Source of the DNA: Candidatus Obscuribacteraceae bacterium
Lineage (GTDB): Bacteria; Cyanobacteriota; Vampirovibrionia; Obscuribacterales; Obscuribacteraceae
Assembly (NCBI GenBank): GCA_044229845.1
Contig: JBGASG010000001.1
Location: forward strand, 96,001-160,000
DNA length: 64,000 nt
Direction: 5' to 3'
Shown in pieces: positions 55,469 through 64,000 of this stretch. The notes beneath the pieces were generated by a model, which saw nothing but the letters and a program-made list of their open reading frames with translations, had not been told where the DNA came from and did no database searches. The stretch's first letter is position 1; every line of letters starts with the position of its first letter. The position numbers and the translations under genes are program-made.

Positions 55469-56719
55469 ATGTTGCGGTTTTTAACATCCGGAGAGTCACA
55501 CGGACCAGCGTTGATCGCCATTTTAGATGGCGTGCCGGCCGGATTGCAGATTGATATTGCCGCTGTCAATGCGGAACTGGCGCGCCGGCAGCAAGGCTAC
55601 GGACGCGGCGCTCGCCAGAAGATCGAGACCGACACCGCCGAAATCATGGGCGGCGTCCGCCATGGTATTACATCTGGTGCACCGATCTCGATCATGGTGC
55701 GCAATCGCGATCACAACAACTGGTTGCATGTTATGTCGATCACTCAGGTGATGGCTGACGATCCGGCTGTGGCGGAGCAGATTGAGAAAAAGAAGATTGG
55801 TCGGTTTCGTCCCGGACATGCGGACCTGGCTGGTACTTTGAAGTTTCGTCAGCGCGATATCCGCGATGTTCTGGAAAGGGCCAGCGCCCGCGAGACCGCC
55901 GCGCGCGTAGCGGTGGGAGCGATCTGCGAACAGATACTGCAGCAGTTCGACGTGCGGGTGGTCAGTCATGTAGTGCAAGTCGGCTCGATCAGATCTTCTC
56001 AGTCCAGCGAAGACCTGCCGATGGACGAGCTGAGAAAGCGCGTCGCCGCCTCCGATATGTTCTGCGTCGACGAAGCCGCCGAAACAAAAATGAAGGATCT
56101 GATTAAAGAAACCTGGCAGCAGGGCGACACCATTGGCGGTGTGGTCGAAGTGATCGCTGAAGGGTTACCGGTCGGACTGGGCAGCTACACCCAGTGGGAT
56201 GAGAAACTCGACGGTCAACTGGCGCAGCTGGTCATGAGCGTGCATGCTATCAAAGCTGTGGAGATCGGTGACGGTTTCGAAAACGTCAACAGTCCCGGTT
56301 CCGAGGTTCACGACGCCATCTATCCCGCGTCAGAGCAGCTGCCATTTATGCGCAAGACTAACAAAGCGGGTGGGCTGGAAGGCGGCATGACTAATGGCAG
56401 CCGCGTCAAAGTGCGCGCTTACATGAAACCGATTCCGACATTGATCAAAGGACTGCCCTCCGTAAGCTTCCCGCAGTTCGACGCCCAGCAAGCGCACTAC
56501 GAGCGCTCTGACGTGTGCGCGGTGCCGGCTGCCTCGGTGGTCGTGAAGGCGATGGTGTCATTCGGGTTGACCCGGGCTCTGCTCAACAAGTTCGGCAGCG
56601 ACACCATGCCGGACATTTCCGCCGCTATCAGTTCTTATCGCGAATTCTGCCGCGAGGCGCCCGCCCGTTTTGCAGCTTCGCTTGCTACCAGCGCGACCCC
56701 CGACATGGAGCTGGAATGA
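55469..56719 (+). CDS. aroC: Chorismate synthase
   Basis: GESHG, RPGHAD, ERASARETAARVA, RSDVCAVP. Confidence 0.97.
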   Translation: MLRFLTSGESHGPALIAILDGVPAGLQIDIAAVNAELARRQQGYGRGARQKIETDTAEIMGGVRHGITSGAPISIMVRNRDHNNWLHVMSITQVMADDPAVAEQIEKKKIGRFRPGHADLAGTLKFRQRDIRDVLERASARETAARVAVGAICEQILQQFDVRVVSHVVQVGSIRSSQSSEDLPMDELRKRVAASDMFCVDEAAETKMKDLIKETWQQGDTIGGVVEVIAEGLPVGLGSYTQWDEKLDGQLAQLVMSVHAIKAVEIGDGFENVNSPGSEVHDAIYPASEQLPFMRKTNKAGGLEGGMTNGSRVKVRAYMKPIPTLIKGLPSVSFPQFDAQQAHYERSDVCAVPAASVVVKAMVSFGLTRALLNKFGSDTMPDISAAISSYREFCREAPARFAASLATSATPDMELE

Positions 56720-56722
56720 GCA

Positions 56723-57880
56723 ATGCGCCGACACTCTCAGTCGCTTCATAAGACGCCGCTTCTGACGTTTCTTTCCAAAGTAGACGTGAGCAACACGACG
56801 CGCATCGACTTGGGAGTCAATGCGCGCGCCAACATCCCCAGCGCTCTCAAGCAGCTGGGCGCCGGCAGCCGGGTCCTGGTCCTCACGCAGCGCGAAATTG
56901 CCATCGACTGGCTGGACGACATCGTCAAGCCGCTGGAAGCCGCCTCCTTTTCGGTGGACGTGATGGAGTTGCCGACCGGCGAAGCCTGCAAGTCGCAGAC
57001 TCAGTTGATTCAGATCTGGGAGCAGTTGCAAAAGCGCTCGTTTCAGCGCTCCGATACGCTTCTGGCATTGGGCGGCGGCGCGGTTACTGATGTCGCCGGC
57101 TTCGCAGCGTCCACCTATCTGCGCGGACTGACACTATGCCTGGTGCCCAGTACGTTGCTGGCGCAGGTCGATGCATCAATCGGCGGCAAGACCGGCATCA
57201 ATTTAGACGCGGGCAAAAACCTGGCCGGCACCTTCTACTTCCCGCAGCTGGTGACCGTCGATCAGGAGTTGCTCGCTTCGCTGCCAGACCGTGACTTCAC
57301 ATCCGGCATTGGAGAGATCATCAAATACGCGATGATCGAGAAGACGGTGGCCGAAGAATCCGAGTACGCAGCTGGTCCGCGCAGCATGTTTCAGCTGTTG
57401 CAGCAAATGGCGCCGGAGCTGTCTTTCGAACATCCGGCGATGGGCAACATCATAGCTGCCAGCATCAAGATGAAACTGGCAGTTGTTGCTCGCGATCCAT
57501 ATGAAAAGCGACTTCGACGTATTCTCAATCTCGGGCACACCTTCGGGCATGCTATCGAGAAGGTCAGCAAATATAGCTGGACTCACGGCGAAGCTGTGGC
57601 GGTGGGCTTATTGTTTGCCATGCAGGTATCGCGCCGTCTCGGCAAGGTGGACGATGCGCAGATCGAGGTCGTGCGCACGTTGCTTTCACAGTGCAAATTG
57701 CCGGTTGGGCTGTCTGCCGACCTGGACCGCGCCGCGCTTTTCGACGCCATGGCATACGACAAGAAACGCGCCGGGCAATCAATTCGCTTTGTGCTGCCGC
57801 TCAGAGAACTCGGTACTGCCGATGTCGACTCGGAAATTTCTTTAGATGAACTTCGTCACTGTGTTGAGGACTTTCAATGA
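56723..57880 (+). CDS. aroB: 3-dehydroquinate synthase
   Basis: GGGAVTD, LLAQVDASIGGKTG, LNLGHTFGHAIE, HGEAVAVG; start may be GTG ~56786. Confidence 0.96.
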   Translation: MRRHSQSLHKTPLLTFLSKVDVSNTTRIDLGVNARANIPSALKQLGAGSRVLVLTQREIAIDWLDDIVKPLEAASFSVDVMELPTGEACKSQTQLIQIWEQLQKRSFQRSDTLLALGGGAVTDVAGFAASTYLRGLTLCLVPSTLLAQVDASIGGKTGINLDAGKNLAGTFYFPQLVTVDQELLASLPDRDFTSGIGEIIKYAMIEKTVAEESEYAAGPRSMFQLLQQMAPELSFEHPAMGNIIAASIKMKLAVVARDPYEKRLRRILNLGHTFGHAIEKVSKYSWTHGEAVAVGLLFAMQVSRRLGKVDDAQIEVVRTLLSQCKLPVGLSADLDRAALFDAMAYDKKRAGQSIRFVLPLRELGTADVDSEISLDELRHCVEDFQ

Positions 57881-58722
57881 ACGTGATTGCCTTCCAGGGT
57901 GCGCCGGGAGCATTCAGCCATCAAGCAGCCATCAAGCTGGGTGAGGGCATGAATGAGCCTTACGAATTGCTCTCGCAAGACTCATTCGAGAAGGTCTTCA
58001 AGCTGGTGGCAGGCGGCGGTCATCTTGGTGCGGTGCCGCTGGAAAACTCGTCGGTCGGATCTATTGTCGCCAACTACGACTCGCTCTGGAACGAGCCTGT
58101 ATTCATGATTGCCGAGACCTACATCCCGATTCATCACCAGTTGATTGCCATCGAGGGAACGGACATCAACGAGATCACCGAGGTCTACTCGCATCCGGTG
58201 GCGCTCGACCAGTGCCGGAAGTTGTTCAAAGAATTTCCCCATATGAAACCTCGGGTGCACTGGGACACGAGCGGTTCGGCGCTCTATGTGCGGGATCAGG
58301 GCAAGCGAAGCAATGCCGCCATCGCCAGCGAAATGGCGGCGCGCGAAGCCGGACTGTCGATCATTCGCACCAATGTGGAAGACCACTCCAGCAACACCAC
58401 GCGGTTCGGACTGATTACGGCCAACAAGAAACTGCGCATGCACGAAGGTCCGCACAAGTTGTCGTGTGCGTTTGAGCTGGAACATACATCGGGCAGCCTG
58501 GCGCAGTTGCTGACTCGCATCGCCGCAGTGGGCGCCAATTTGTCCAAAATAGAATCACGACCGATTCCGCAAACCCCGTGGCACTACCGATTTTTCCTCG
58601 ATGTCGAGGTGTTGGACGGCAAGCAGGAAGACGCCGTCATCGATGCTTTGCAGGGAGCGGCAAAAGCCAAGGTGCTGGGCTGCTATGTGAAAGCCCTGGA
58701 AGTGAGCGGCGTCTCGGCATAG
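57877..58722 (+). CDS. pheA: Prephenate dehydratase
   Basis: FQGAPGAFS, PLENS, NTTRF, ACT domain with IESRP. Confidence 0.95.
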   Translation: MNVIAFQGAPGAFSHQAAIKLGEGMNEPYELLSQDSFEKVFKLVAGGGHLGAVPLENSSVGSIVANYDSLWNEPVFMIAETYIPIHHQLIAIEGTDINEITEVYSHPVALDQCRKLFKEFPHMKPRVHWDTSGSALYVRDQGKRSNAAIASEMAAREAGLSIIRTNVEDHSSNTTRFGLITANKKLRMHEGPHKLSCAFELEHTSGSLAQLLTRIAAVGANLSKIESRPIPQTPWHYRFFLDVEVLDGKQEDAVIDALQGAAKAKVLGCYVKALEVSGVSA

Positions 58723-58737
58723 CCATACGGACGGTGA

Positions 58738-58980
58738 CTACTTTGCGTCGGGGCTGGGGTTGTCCAGGAACGCGCAGACGCAAATATAGATCCAAGCCGG
58801 GGTGAACCAGCCGGCGAACAGGTTTATCAAAATGATGCGCAGCTTGTCATGTTTCTTCCTGAAAAGCCCCACGATGGAGGGCAGGAAGAAAGTCAGGAAC
58901 GAGAAAATCATCGGCAGCCCAAAGAAAAGGAAGAGCAGGACGAAACCCAGTATCGTGTTACCGGTATCTGATGACTGCAC
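58738..58980 (-). CDS. Superinfection-immunity (T4 Imm-like) membrane protein
   Basis: FFLPSIV...RK...IILINLFAGW...W...A pattern. Confidence 0.65.
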   Translation of the reverse strand: MQSSDTGNTILGFVLLFLFFGLPMIFSFLTFFLPSIVGLFRKKHDKLRIILINLFAGWFTPAWIYICVCAFLDNPSPDAK

Positions 58981-59024
58981 GGATATTCTCCAATCGTTCG
59001 ACCATTGAATTATACTTACCCGAT

Positions 59025-59549
59025 ATGAAACTATTCGCAGTTCTCGCCCTTATTTTGTTCGTCGTCTTCCATACCGGCACCGGCTGTGCGTGGAGCCAGG
59101 ACAGCGACTCGTCGTCGAGTTACAGCGACTCCTCATCGACCGACAGCTCCTCTTCCAGCGATGATAGTTCGTCTTCGAGCGATGCCGGTTCCTCATCCAG
59201 CGATGACAGTTCGTCTTCGAGCGATGCCGGTTCTTCATCCAGCGATGACAGTTCGTCCGGCGATAGCTCGGCTGCGAGCGAATCAGGATCGAGTGATAAG
59301 AAGGACAATCTCGCCAATCTGGAGGCGCTGGTCAACATAATGGGCGCCTGGGGGATGGGCGCCGGCATTGTGACTTCGTGCAGCTTATTCCTGAGCGGGG
59401 TGATTATCATAGGGTTGCGCAAGACCAAGCGCTGGCTGGGCGGCATTCTTATAGGCTGGAGCTTCTTCTCTTTCGGCGGTGCCATCATGTGCCCCGCAAT
59501 TCTCAACTGGATAATGGCGAGCGCCAAAGACGCCAACCTATTCTCCTAG
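59025..59549 (+). CDS. Membrane protein with signal peptide, Ser/Asp-rich linker and pilin-like hydrophobic C-terminus
   Basis: MKLFAVLAL signal; SSSSDD repeats; two hydrophobic helices. Confidence 0.65.
   Translation: MKLFAVLALILFVVFHTGTGCAWSQDSDSSSSYSDSSSTDSSSSSDDSSSSSDAGSSSSDDSSSSSDAGSSSSDDSSSGDSSAASESGSSDKKDNLANLEALVNIMGAWGMGAGIVTSCSLFLSGVIIIGLRKTKRWLGGILIGWSFFSFGGAIMCPAILNWIMASAKDANLFS
59148..59258. repeat. 42-bp tandem repeat x~2.6 (SSSSDDSSSSSDAG)
   Basis: Near-identical units start at 59148, 59190 and 59232. Confidence 0.88.
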
Positions 59550-59556
59550 TACGCGC

Positions 59557-60078
59557 ATGCCAAAGAAAACCAGCACACCAGTCTCACGCAAGACTCAGGC
59601 AAAGCCGTCAGCCAAGCCTTTGCCCGCTTCAGGCAAACCGGTGTTTGAGCGCGTCTACGAGATCGTTATGCAGATTCCGCGGGGACGAGTTTTGACCTAC
59701 GGGGTGATCTCAGATATGTTGGGCGGGCGACTGACCGCTCAGGGTGTTGGCTGGGCGCTGAAAGCGCTGCCGGACGGTTCGGTTAAGGTGACAGCTAAGG
59801 TGACAGCCAAGGGTGCCGGGCGCGGCAAAACCACTGTGAAGAAACCAGCCAGCGGGACTGCGGCGACCAAAGGAAAGGAGCCCGGCAAGTACTCCTCTCA
59901 GACTGTGCCCTGGCAGCGGGTCATAAATTCCCGCGGCACGACCAGCACGTTCAAAGTCGGCATGCCACCCGACCTGCAGCGCGAAATTCTTGAAAAGGAA
60001 GGCGTTAGGTTCGACGACGAAGGCAAGGTCGACCTGAAGAAATACCTCTGGGTGGCAGGTCTGCGGGACCTGAGCTAG
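59557..60078 (+). CDS. Alkyltransferase-like (ATL/YbaZ-type MGMT family) protein
   Basis: VYEIVMQIPRGRVLTYG, VGWAL, VPWQRVINSRG (Trp in place of Cys), LEKEGV. Confidence 0.85.
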   Translation: MPKKTSTPVSRKTQAKPSAKPLPASGKPVFERVYEIVMQIPRGRVLTYGVISDMLGGRLTAQGVGWALKALPDGSVKVTAKVTAKGAGRGKTTVKKPASGTAATKGKEPGKYSSQTVPWQRVINSRGTTSTFKVGMPPDLQREILEKEGVRFDDEGKVDLKKYLWVAGLRDLS

Positions 60079-60181
60079 CTCCCATTGCTTTGAAAGCCCG
60101 GGCGAAACTTTTCGCCACACCCCGTGTATCAGTAGGTGGAAGCAGCGGGAGCGCTTCTGCATACATGACGGGAGGGACAAG

Positions 60182-60745
60182 ATGAAAGGATTGAACAAGC
60201 GGCTACTGGTGGGGGCAATGGCTTTGACGGTGCCGCTGGGATTGATTGCCGCGGATCTTTCGATGGCGGCTGATGACGAAACCGTCAGCAACGCCCAGCT
60301 GGCTCAAGCTCAATCGAAGGATCCACTGATAGACTCGGAGTTCGAGAATGCCGTGCGCGTGATTATTACCAAGCGCTTCTGCAATCGCATCGATGCCACT
60401 GATGAACAGCGCGCCAAACTAACCGCGCTTTTCAAGGACACCATGCAGGAAACGCGTCCGCTGCGCGAACAGTTTCGCCGCAAGCTGCTCGACGTTTCTT
60501 CGCTGATGGCCAGTTCATCCGCGACGGACGATCAGATCAAGACGGAAATCCAGTCGGCGCGCGCGTTGCGACAGCAACTCATGGACAAGCGCATCGATAC
60601 GGCGCTGGCGGTGCGCAAAATACTGACACCGGAGCAGCGCGAAAAGATTCACAACCGCATCAGCGAGATCATCTCCGGTAATTTTAAGCCGAAGCGCTTG
60701 GGATGGATCATGCAAAAACTGTCGGTAGCTGACAACGAGATCTAG
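60182..60745 (+). CDS. Spy/CpxP-like periplasmic protein
   Basis: Signal peptide; ATDEQ and ILTPEQR motifs. Confidence 0.75.
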   Translation: MKGLNKRLLVGAMALTVPLGLIAADLSMAADDETVSNAQLAQAQSKDPLIDSEFENAVRVIITKRFCNRIDATDEQRAKLTALFKDTMQETRPLREQFRRKLLDVSSLMASSSATDDQIKTEIQSARALRQQLMDKRIDTALAVRKILTPEQREKIHNRISEIISGNFKPKRLGWIMQKLSVADNEI

Positions 60746-60765
60746 GTGTGCACTGGTGCTGGTAG

Positions 60766-61398
60766 ATGCCGATTGGACTGACAAAAGAAGCGCAAGTGTT
60801 TAAGATGGTGACCATGAAACAGGGGACGCCACTCGAGCAATGCGAAGACGGAACGCTGGTTTCCATGACCTTGTCCGGCAACGGCAAGGCCTACGAGACG
60901 CTTTTGCGGCGCTACCAAAAACTGGTCTACAACGTACTGTTTCAAATGCTGCAAAACCATGATACCGCGGCTGATGTCACGCAAGAGACGTTCATCCGCG
61001 CGTATCGCGGTTTGTCAGGCTTTCGCCAGAGCGCGAGGTTCAAACCATGGTTGTTGAAGATTGCCACCAATGCCGGTCTCAATCAAATCAGACAATCGAA
61101 GATTCGCGAGTTCGAGTCGCTGGATGCTGTGCTCGACGAGAATCCGGCGGTGGAGCCGGCGAGCCGCGAAAACCTCGAAGAAGAGCTGGATCGGCGCTTT
61201 TCGCATGTGATGCTTGCCGATGCTCTGCGTGCGATATCTCCGCACAACCGGCACGTATTCGTACTGCGCTACCAACACGATTTGACGTACGCTGAGATCT
61301 CCGACATCGTCGATGAGCCGGAGACGACCGTCAAATCAACGTTGCACAGGGTAAGAGAGAAACTGAGAAAAATACTGTCGGAGAAGATACAGACTTGA
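60766..61398 (+). CDS. ECF RNA polymerase sigma factor
   Basis: ADVTQETFIRAY, FKPWLLKIATN, LTYAEIS...TVKSTLHR. Confidence 0.93.
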   Translation: MPIGLTKEAQVFKMVTMKQGTPLEQCEDGTLVSMTLSGNGKAYETLLRRYQKLVYNVLFQMLQNHDTAADVTQETFIRAYRGLSGFRQSARFKPWLLKIATNAGLNQIRQSKIREFESLDAVLDENPAVEPASRENLEEELDRRFSHVMLADALRAISPHNRHVFVLRYQHDLTYAEISDIVDEPETTVKSTLHRVREKLRKILSEKIQT

Positions 61399-61425
61399 GT
61401 CGAGTCAAGGTTCGAGGGGGTTCGT

Positions 61426-61836
61426 ATGGAAGATCAAACACAATCAGGAGAAGAGTGCACGCGCTACCGGTATGCGTTTGACGAATGCCGCGATGAGGCG
61501 TGGGCAGATGAGCACAAGCGTGGCTGCCCGGCATGCAACGCGTGGACCGCGCAATCGGTGCAGATAATGGATCTGGCTGCGGACATGCCGCAGTTTGATG
61601 TTTCGGAAGCGCTCACCCAACGCATTCTCAACGCCGTCGAATTGGAGCGTGCGGTGTCGCCACAGCGCGTGCCGTTGTACATCTGGCCGTCAGCGGTGCT
61701 GATGGCGGGGCTTCTGTTGACTGCGGTGCCGTACGAGACCATGGATGGCTTGCTGTCCTGGGTCTGCGGAATTGGTGCATTGGGAGTGGTGCAGTTTCTC
61801 GTGAGCACCAAATCAGGAGAGCAGGCGACAGTTTGA
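61426..61836 (+). CDS. Zinc-binding anti-sigma factor (ZAS)
   Basis: HKRGCPAC (Hx3Cx2C) plus C-terminal TM helices, directly downstream of the sigma factor. Confidence 0.75.
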   Translation: MEDQTQSGEECTRYRYAFDECRDEAWADEHKRGCPACNAWTAQSVQIMDLAADMPQFDVSEALTQRILNAVELERAVSPQRVPLYIWPSAVLMAGLLLTAVPYETMDGLLSWVCGIGALGVVQFLVSTKSGEQATV

Positions 61837-62681
61837 TAACGATGACGAAACGGTTTCTCCTCTCGCTATTCATGTTTCTCGCGCTGTCCCTGGCGGCGCT
61901 GACGACGCCGCCCAGTTTTGCGCAGACCGCGCCAGCCGAGCCCGCTTCCGCCACTCAAGACGCGCCGCCGACCGCAGCCGCCCCGCCCGCCAGTCCGGTG
62001 ATTCAATCTGCGCCATCATCCGTGCGCAACTTGTTTTACGCGTATCTCGGTGAACAGCCGGAGTCGTCAGCGGGACCGGTGGAGACCCTTGTCGTGGAGA
62101 AGATGTTTCCCGGCAAAACAATCGAGCAAACGCCTTTCGGGATGCAGAAGTACCGCCCGATGCTGCAACTTCGCTACTGGGCGAATCAACGGCAGCACTT
62201 TTTGCCGGCATTTGCTTTTTGCCTGGGCGCAGCGTCCATTCTCTGGATCCCTTTTGGGAAGAAACTCGAAGCAGCCGCTTCCATCAGCCGCAGCCGTTTC
62301 TGGCGTTCGTTGTTTGTAGGTGTCATGGTCTCGATGGTGACGCTGTTTCTCGCCAAACTATTTTTCGTTTCAGGCGTCGGTTGGCCGGCCGGCATCCTTA
62401 CTATCGCAATTCTTCAACTAGCCATGACCGGTGGTCTCGTCGTCATGACCAATATCATCGGCGAAGCAATTGCACGCGTACTGCGCCTCACGCATATCGG
62501 ATTCATAGCCGAGCGCCCCGTCGTCCAGCGCGGCGTTTTTCTAATTCTTGGCTCGGTCATCCTGGCCGGCATCATCCTCATACCGGGACCCGGCAAGCTG
62601 CCTCCGATCGGCACGCGTTTGATTATGCTCTTCGCGCTGGTTGGACTGGGTGCGCTCTACAAATCGCACTTCAAGCGCTAA
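61833..62681 (+). CDS. Multi-TM membrane protein in the ECF operon
   Basis: Signal peptide and ~5 TM helices; overlaps the anti-sigma stop. Confidence 0.65.
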   Translation: MITMTKRFLLSLFMFLALSLAALTTPPSFAQTAPAEPASATQDAPPTAAAPPASPVIQSAPSSVRNLFYAYLGEQPESSAGPVETLVVEKMFPGKTIEQTPFGMQKYRPMLQLRYWANQRQHFLPAFAFCLGAASILWIPFGKKLEAAASISRSRFWRSLFVGVMVSMVTLFLAKLFFVSGVGWPAGILTIAILQLAMTGGLVVMTNIIGEAIARVLRLTHIGFIAERPVVQRGVFLILGSVILAGIILIPGPGKLPPIGTRLIMLFALVGLGALYKSHFKR

Positions 62682-63889
62682 TCGAGCAAAATCCGCGCAG
62701 CTTTGAACGCCGTAGCAATTGCATTCTTGTCGCCATTCTCAATGGCGGCGCGTAAAGAAACCAGCTGCGCCACCAATCCATCGACGGTGGCGACGACTTC
62801 GGACGAGTTGTCCAGCAGTATTTCCGTCCACAATTCATGCGGGCTGGCCATCAACCGCGACAACGACTGGAAGCTGGGTCCCGCCGTCGCGCGCAGCACG
62901 GAAAGTTTCTCCTCAGAGAGTTCTTCGACCAGACTGGCACCGAGCGCGGTGGCGACCAGTTGAACAATATGACTGATGCGGGCTGCGACTTCGTCGTGAG
63001 TGCGGGCGTCCATGACGTGCACGGCAAGACCCATCGCGTTGAGCCATCGAGACAACCGCAAGACAGAGAGTTCAGATGATTTGCTGGTGGGGGTCAGGCA
63101 GAAGGTCTTGCCGGCGACAACTACATCGCGCGAGCCGGCGAGTCCGCTTTTTTCGGTTCCGAAAAACGGATGACCGCCAATAAAGTCGGCGCCCCCCAGG
63201 TCGAGTTCGTCGGCGACCGCACAAATGGTCCCTTTGGTCGAACTGACGTCGACGACTACTTGATTCGGTCCGAGATGCGGAGCCAGCCGGCGCAACAACT
63301 CGACGTTGGCAGCAGGCGGCGCGCACAACAAAATCAGCGTTGCCGACGACGGCACTGATTCTATCGATGCGCTGGCATCGATCAGTTTCTCCTGAATGGC
63401 AGCTTGCAGCACTTCGTGCCGGTCGCAGCCGATAATGCGGCTCTCCGGCAAGACTGCTCGCATGCGTCGGGCAAGCGCCCCGCCGATTAAGCCAAGCCCG
63501 ACAATCATTACTTCGTTGAAGTAAATCGGCCCGGCGGCGACGCTGGTTTTGGCGACCTGCAGGTCGCGGCTCTGGGAGAGGATTGTCTGGTAGACAGCGG
63601 TGATTGCCGAGACGATGTCGCCGTCTTTGCTTACTTCTGAAATTCCGGCAAGCACTTGTTTTTCGCGTTCTCTGTCACGGACGGGAATGGCGGCGGCATT
63701 TTTGATGTCCGCGACCATCAAGGAGAGTTGCATCCGTTCTGAAAGAAGACGCATCAGAAGGGCGTCGACATGATCGATTCGGTTGCGAATCGAGCTGAGC
63801 GGTGTGTCTTCCGCTTTAGCTTTGGCATTGTCCTGGCTGGCTGCCTCGCCGGCGTTTGCTCTGGAGGCGCTCCACTCACTGTCTCCCAC
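62678..63889 (-). CDS. tyrA: Chorismate mutase / prephenate dehydrogenase fusion
   Basis: CM: IRNRIDHVD...ER...K...RDRERE; PDH: GLGLIGG, DVSSTK, GGHP, HD...SH. Confidence 0.9.
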   Translation of the reverse strand: MGDSEWSASRANAGEAASQDNAKAKAEDTPLSSIRNRIDHVDALLMRLLSERMQLSLMVADIKNAAAIPVRDREREKQVLAGISEVSKDGDIVSAITAVYQTILSQSRDLQVAKTSVAAGPIYFNEVMIVGLGLIGGALARRMRAVLPESRIIGCDRHEVLQAAIQEKLIDASASIESVPSSATLILLCAPPAANVELLRRLAPHLGPNQVVVDVSSTKGTICAVADELDLGGADFIGGHPFFGTEKSGLAGSRDVVVAGKTFCLTPTSKSSELSVLRLSRWLNAMGLAVHVMDARTHDEVAARISHIVQLVATALGASLVEELSEEKLSVLRATAGPSFQSLSRLMASPHELWTEILLDNSSEVVATVDGLVAQLVSLRAAIENGDKNAIATAFKAARILLD

Positions 63890-63903
63890 GACTTATCTCC
63901 TCA

Positions 63904-64000
63904 TTACCGGCGAGCGGCTTGCTGGGCATGCTGCGGATGACGAAGCACGGCGACGTTGTCGCGGTGTTCGACTGCCGGTTGATCGACTTCGGCCACCGAG
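63904..64000 (-). CDS. C-terminal end of a gene continuing beyond the window
   Basis: Open frame SVAEVDQPAVEHRDNVAVLRHPQHAQQAARR-stop, followed by the GAGGAG Shine-Dalgarno of tyrA. Confidence 0.4.
   Translation of the reverse strand, partial: SVAEVDQPAVEHRDNVAVLRHPQHAQQAARR

Overview
Bacterial chromosomal window, probably from a non-photosynthetic cyanobacterial relative (Vampirovibrionia/Melainabacteria, Obscuribacterales-like). That taxonomy is an inference from gene style only. Bases 1 to ~11,190 are an integrated mobile element or island abutting the 3' end of a minus-strand tRNA-Pro(TGG). It carries an AEP-type primase-like gene, an HNH nuclease, a P4-like tyrosine integrase, and a ~6.2 kb cassette of seven co-oriented genes between the tRNA and the integrase. 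The cassette is the best candidate for an undescribed system. Three of its proteins appear to be built from shared modules (a winged-helix-like repeat, a helical bundle and a common 'QAPGAVAxDI' C-terminal domain). They are followed by a trypsin-like protease, a candidate HEPN RNase, a beta-repeat protein and a 2-TM protein. The rest (11.3-64 kb) is core-like: serA, sbcC, rsmG, malQ, purB, aroA/aroC/aroB/pheA/tyrA, an ECF sigma/anti-sigma locus, several proteases and many lineage-specific hypotheticals. Oddities there include a multicopper-oxidase homolog lacking its copper ligands, a BPH-like proteasome subunit with a histone-like tail, an HPD-less J-domain/MshEN-like protein and a split spermidine-synthase-like gene. 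No CRISPR array or rRNA was seen. All calls are by eye from motifs; no database searches were run.
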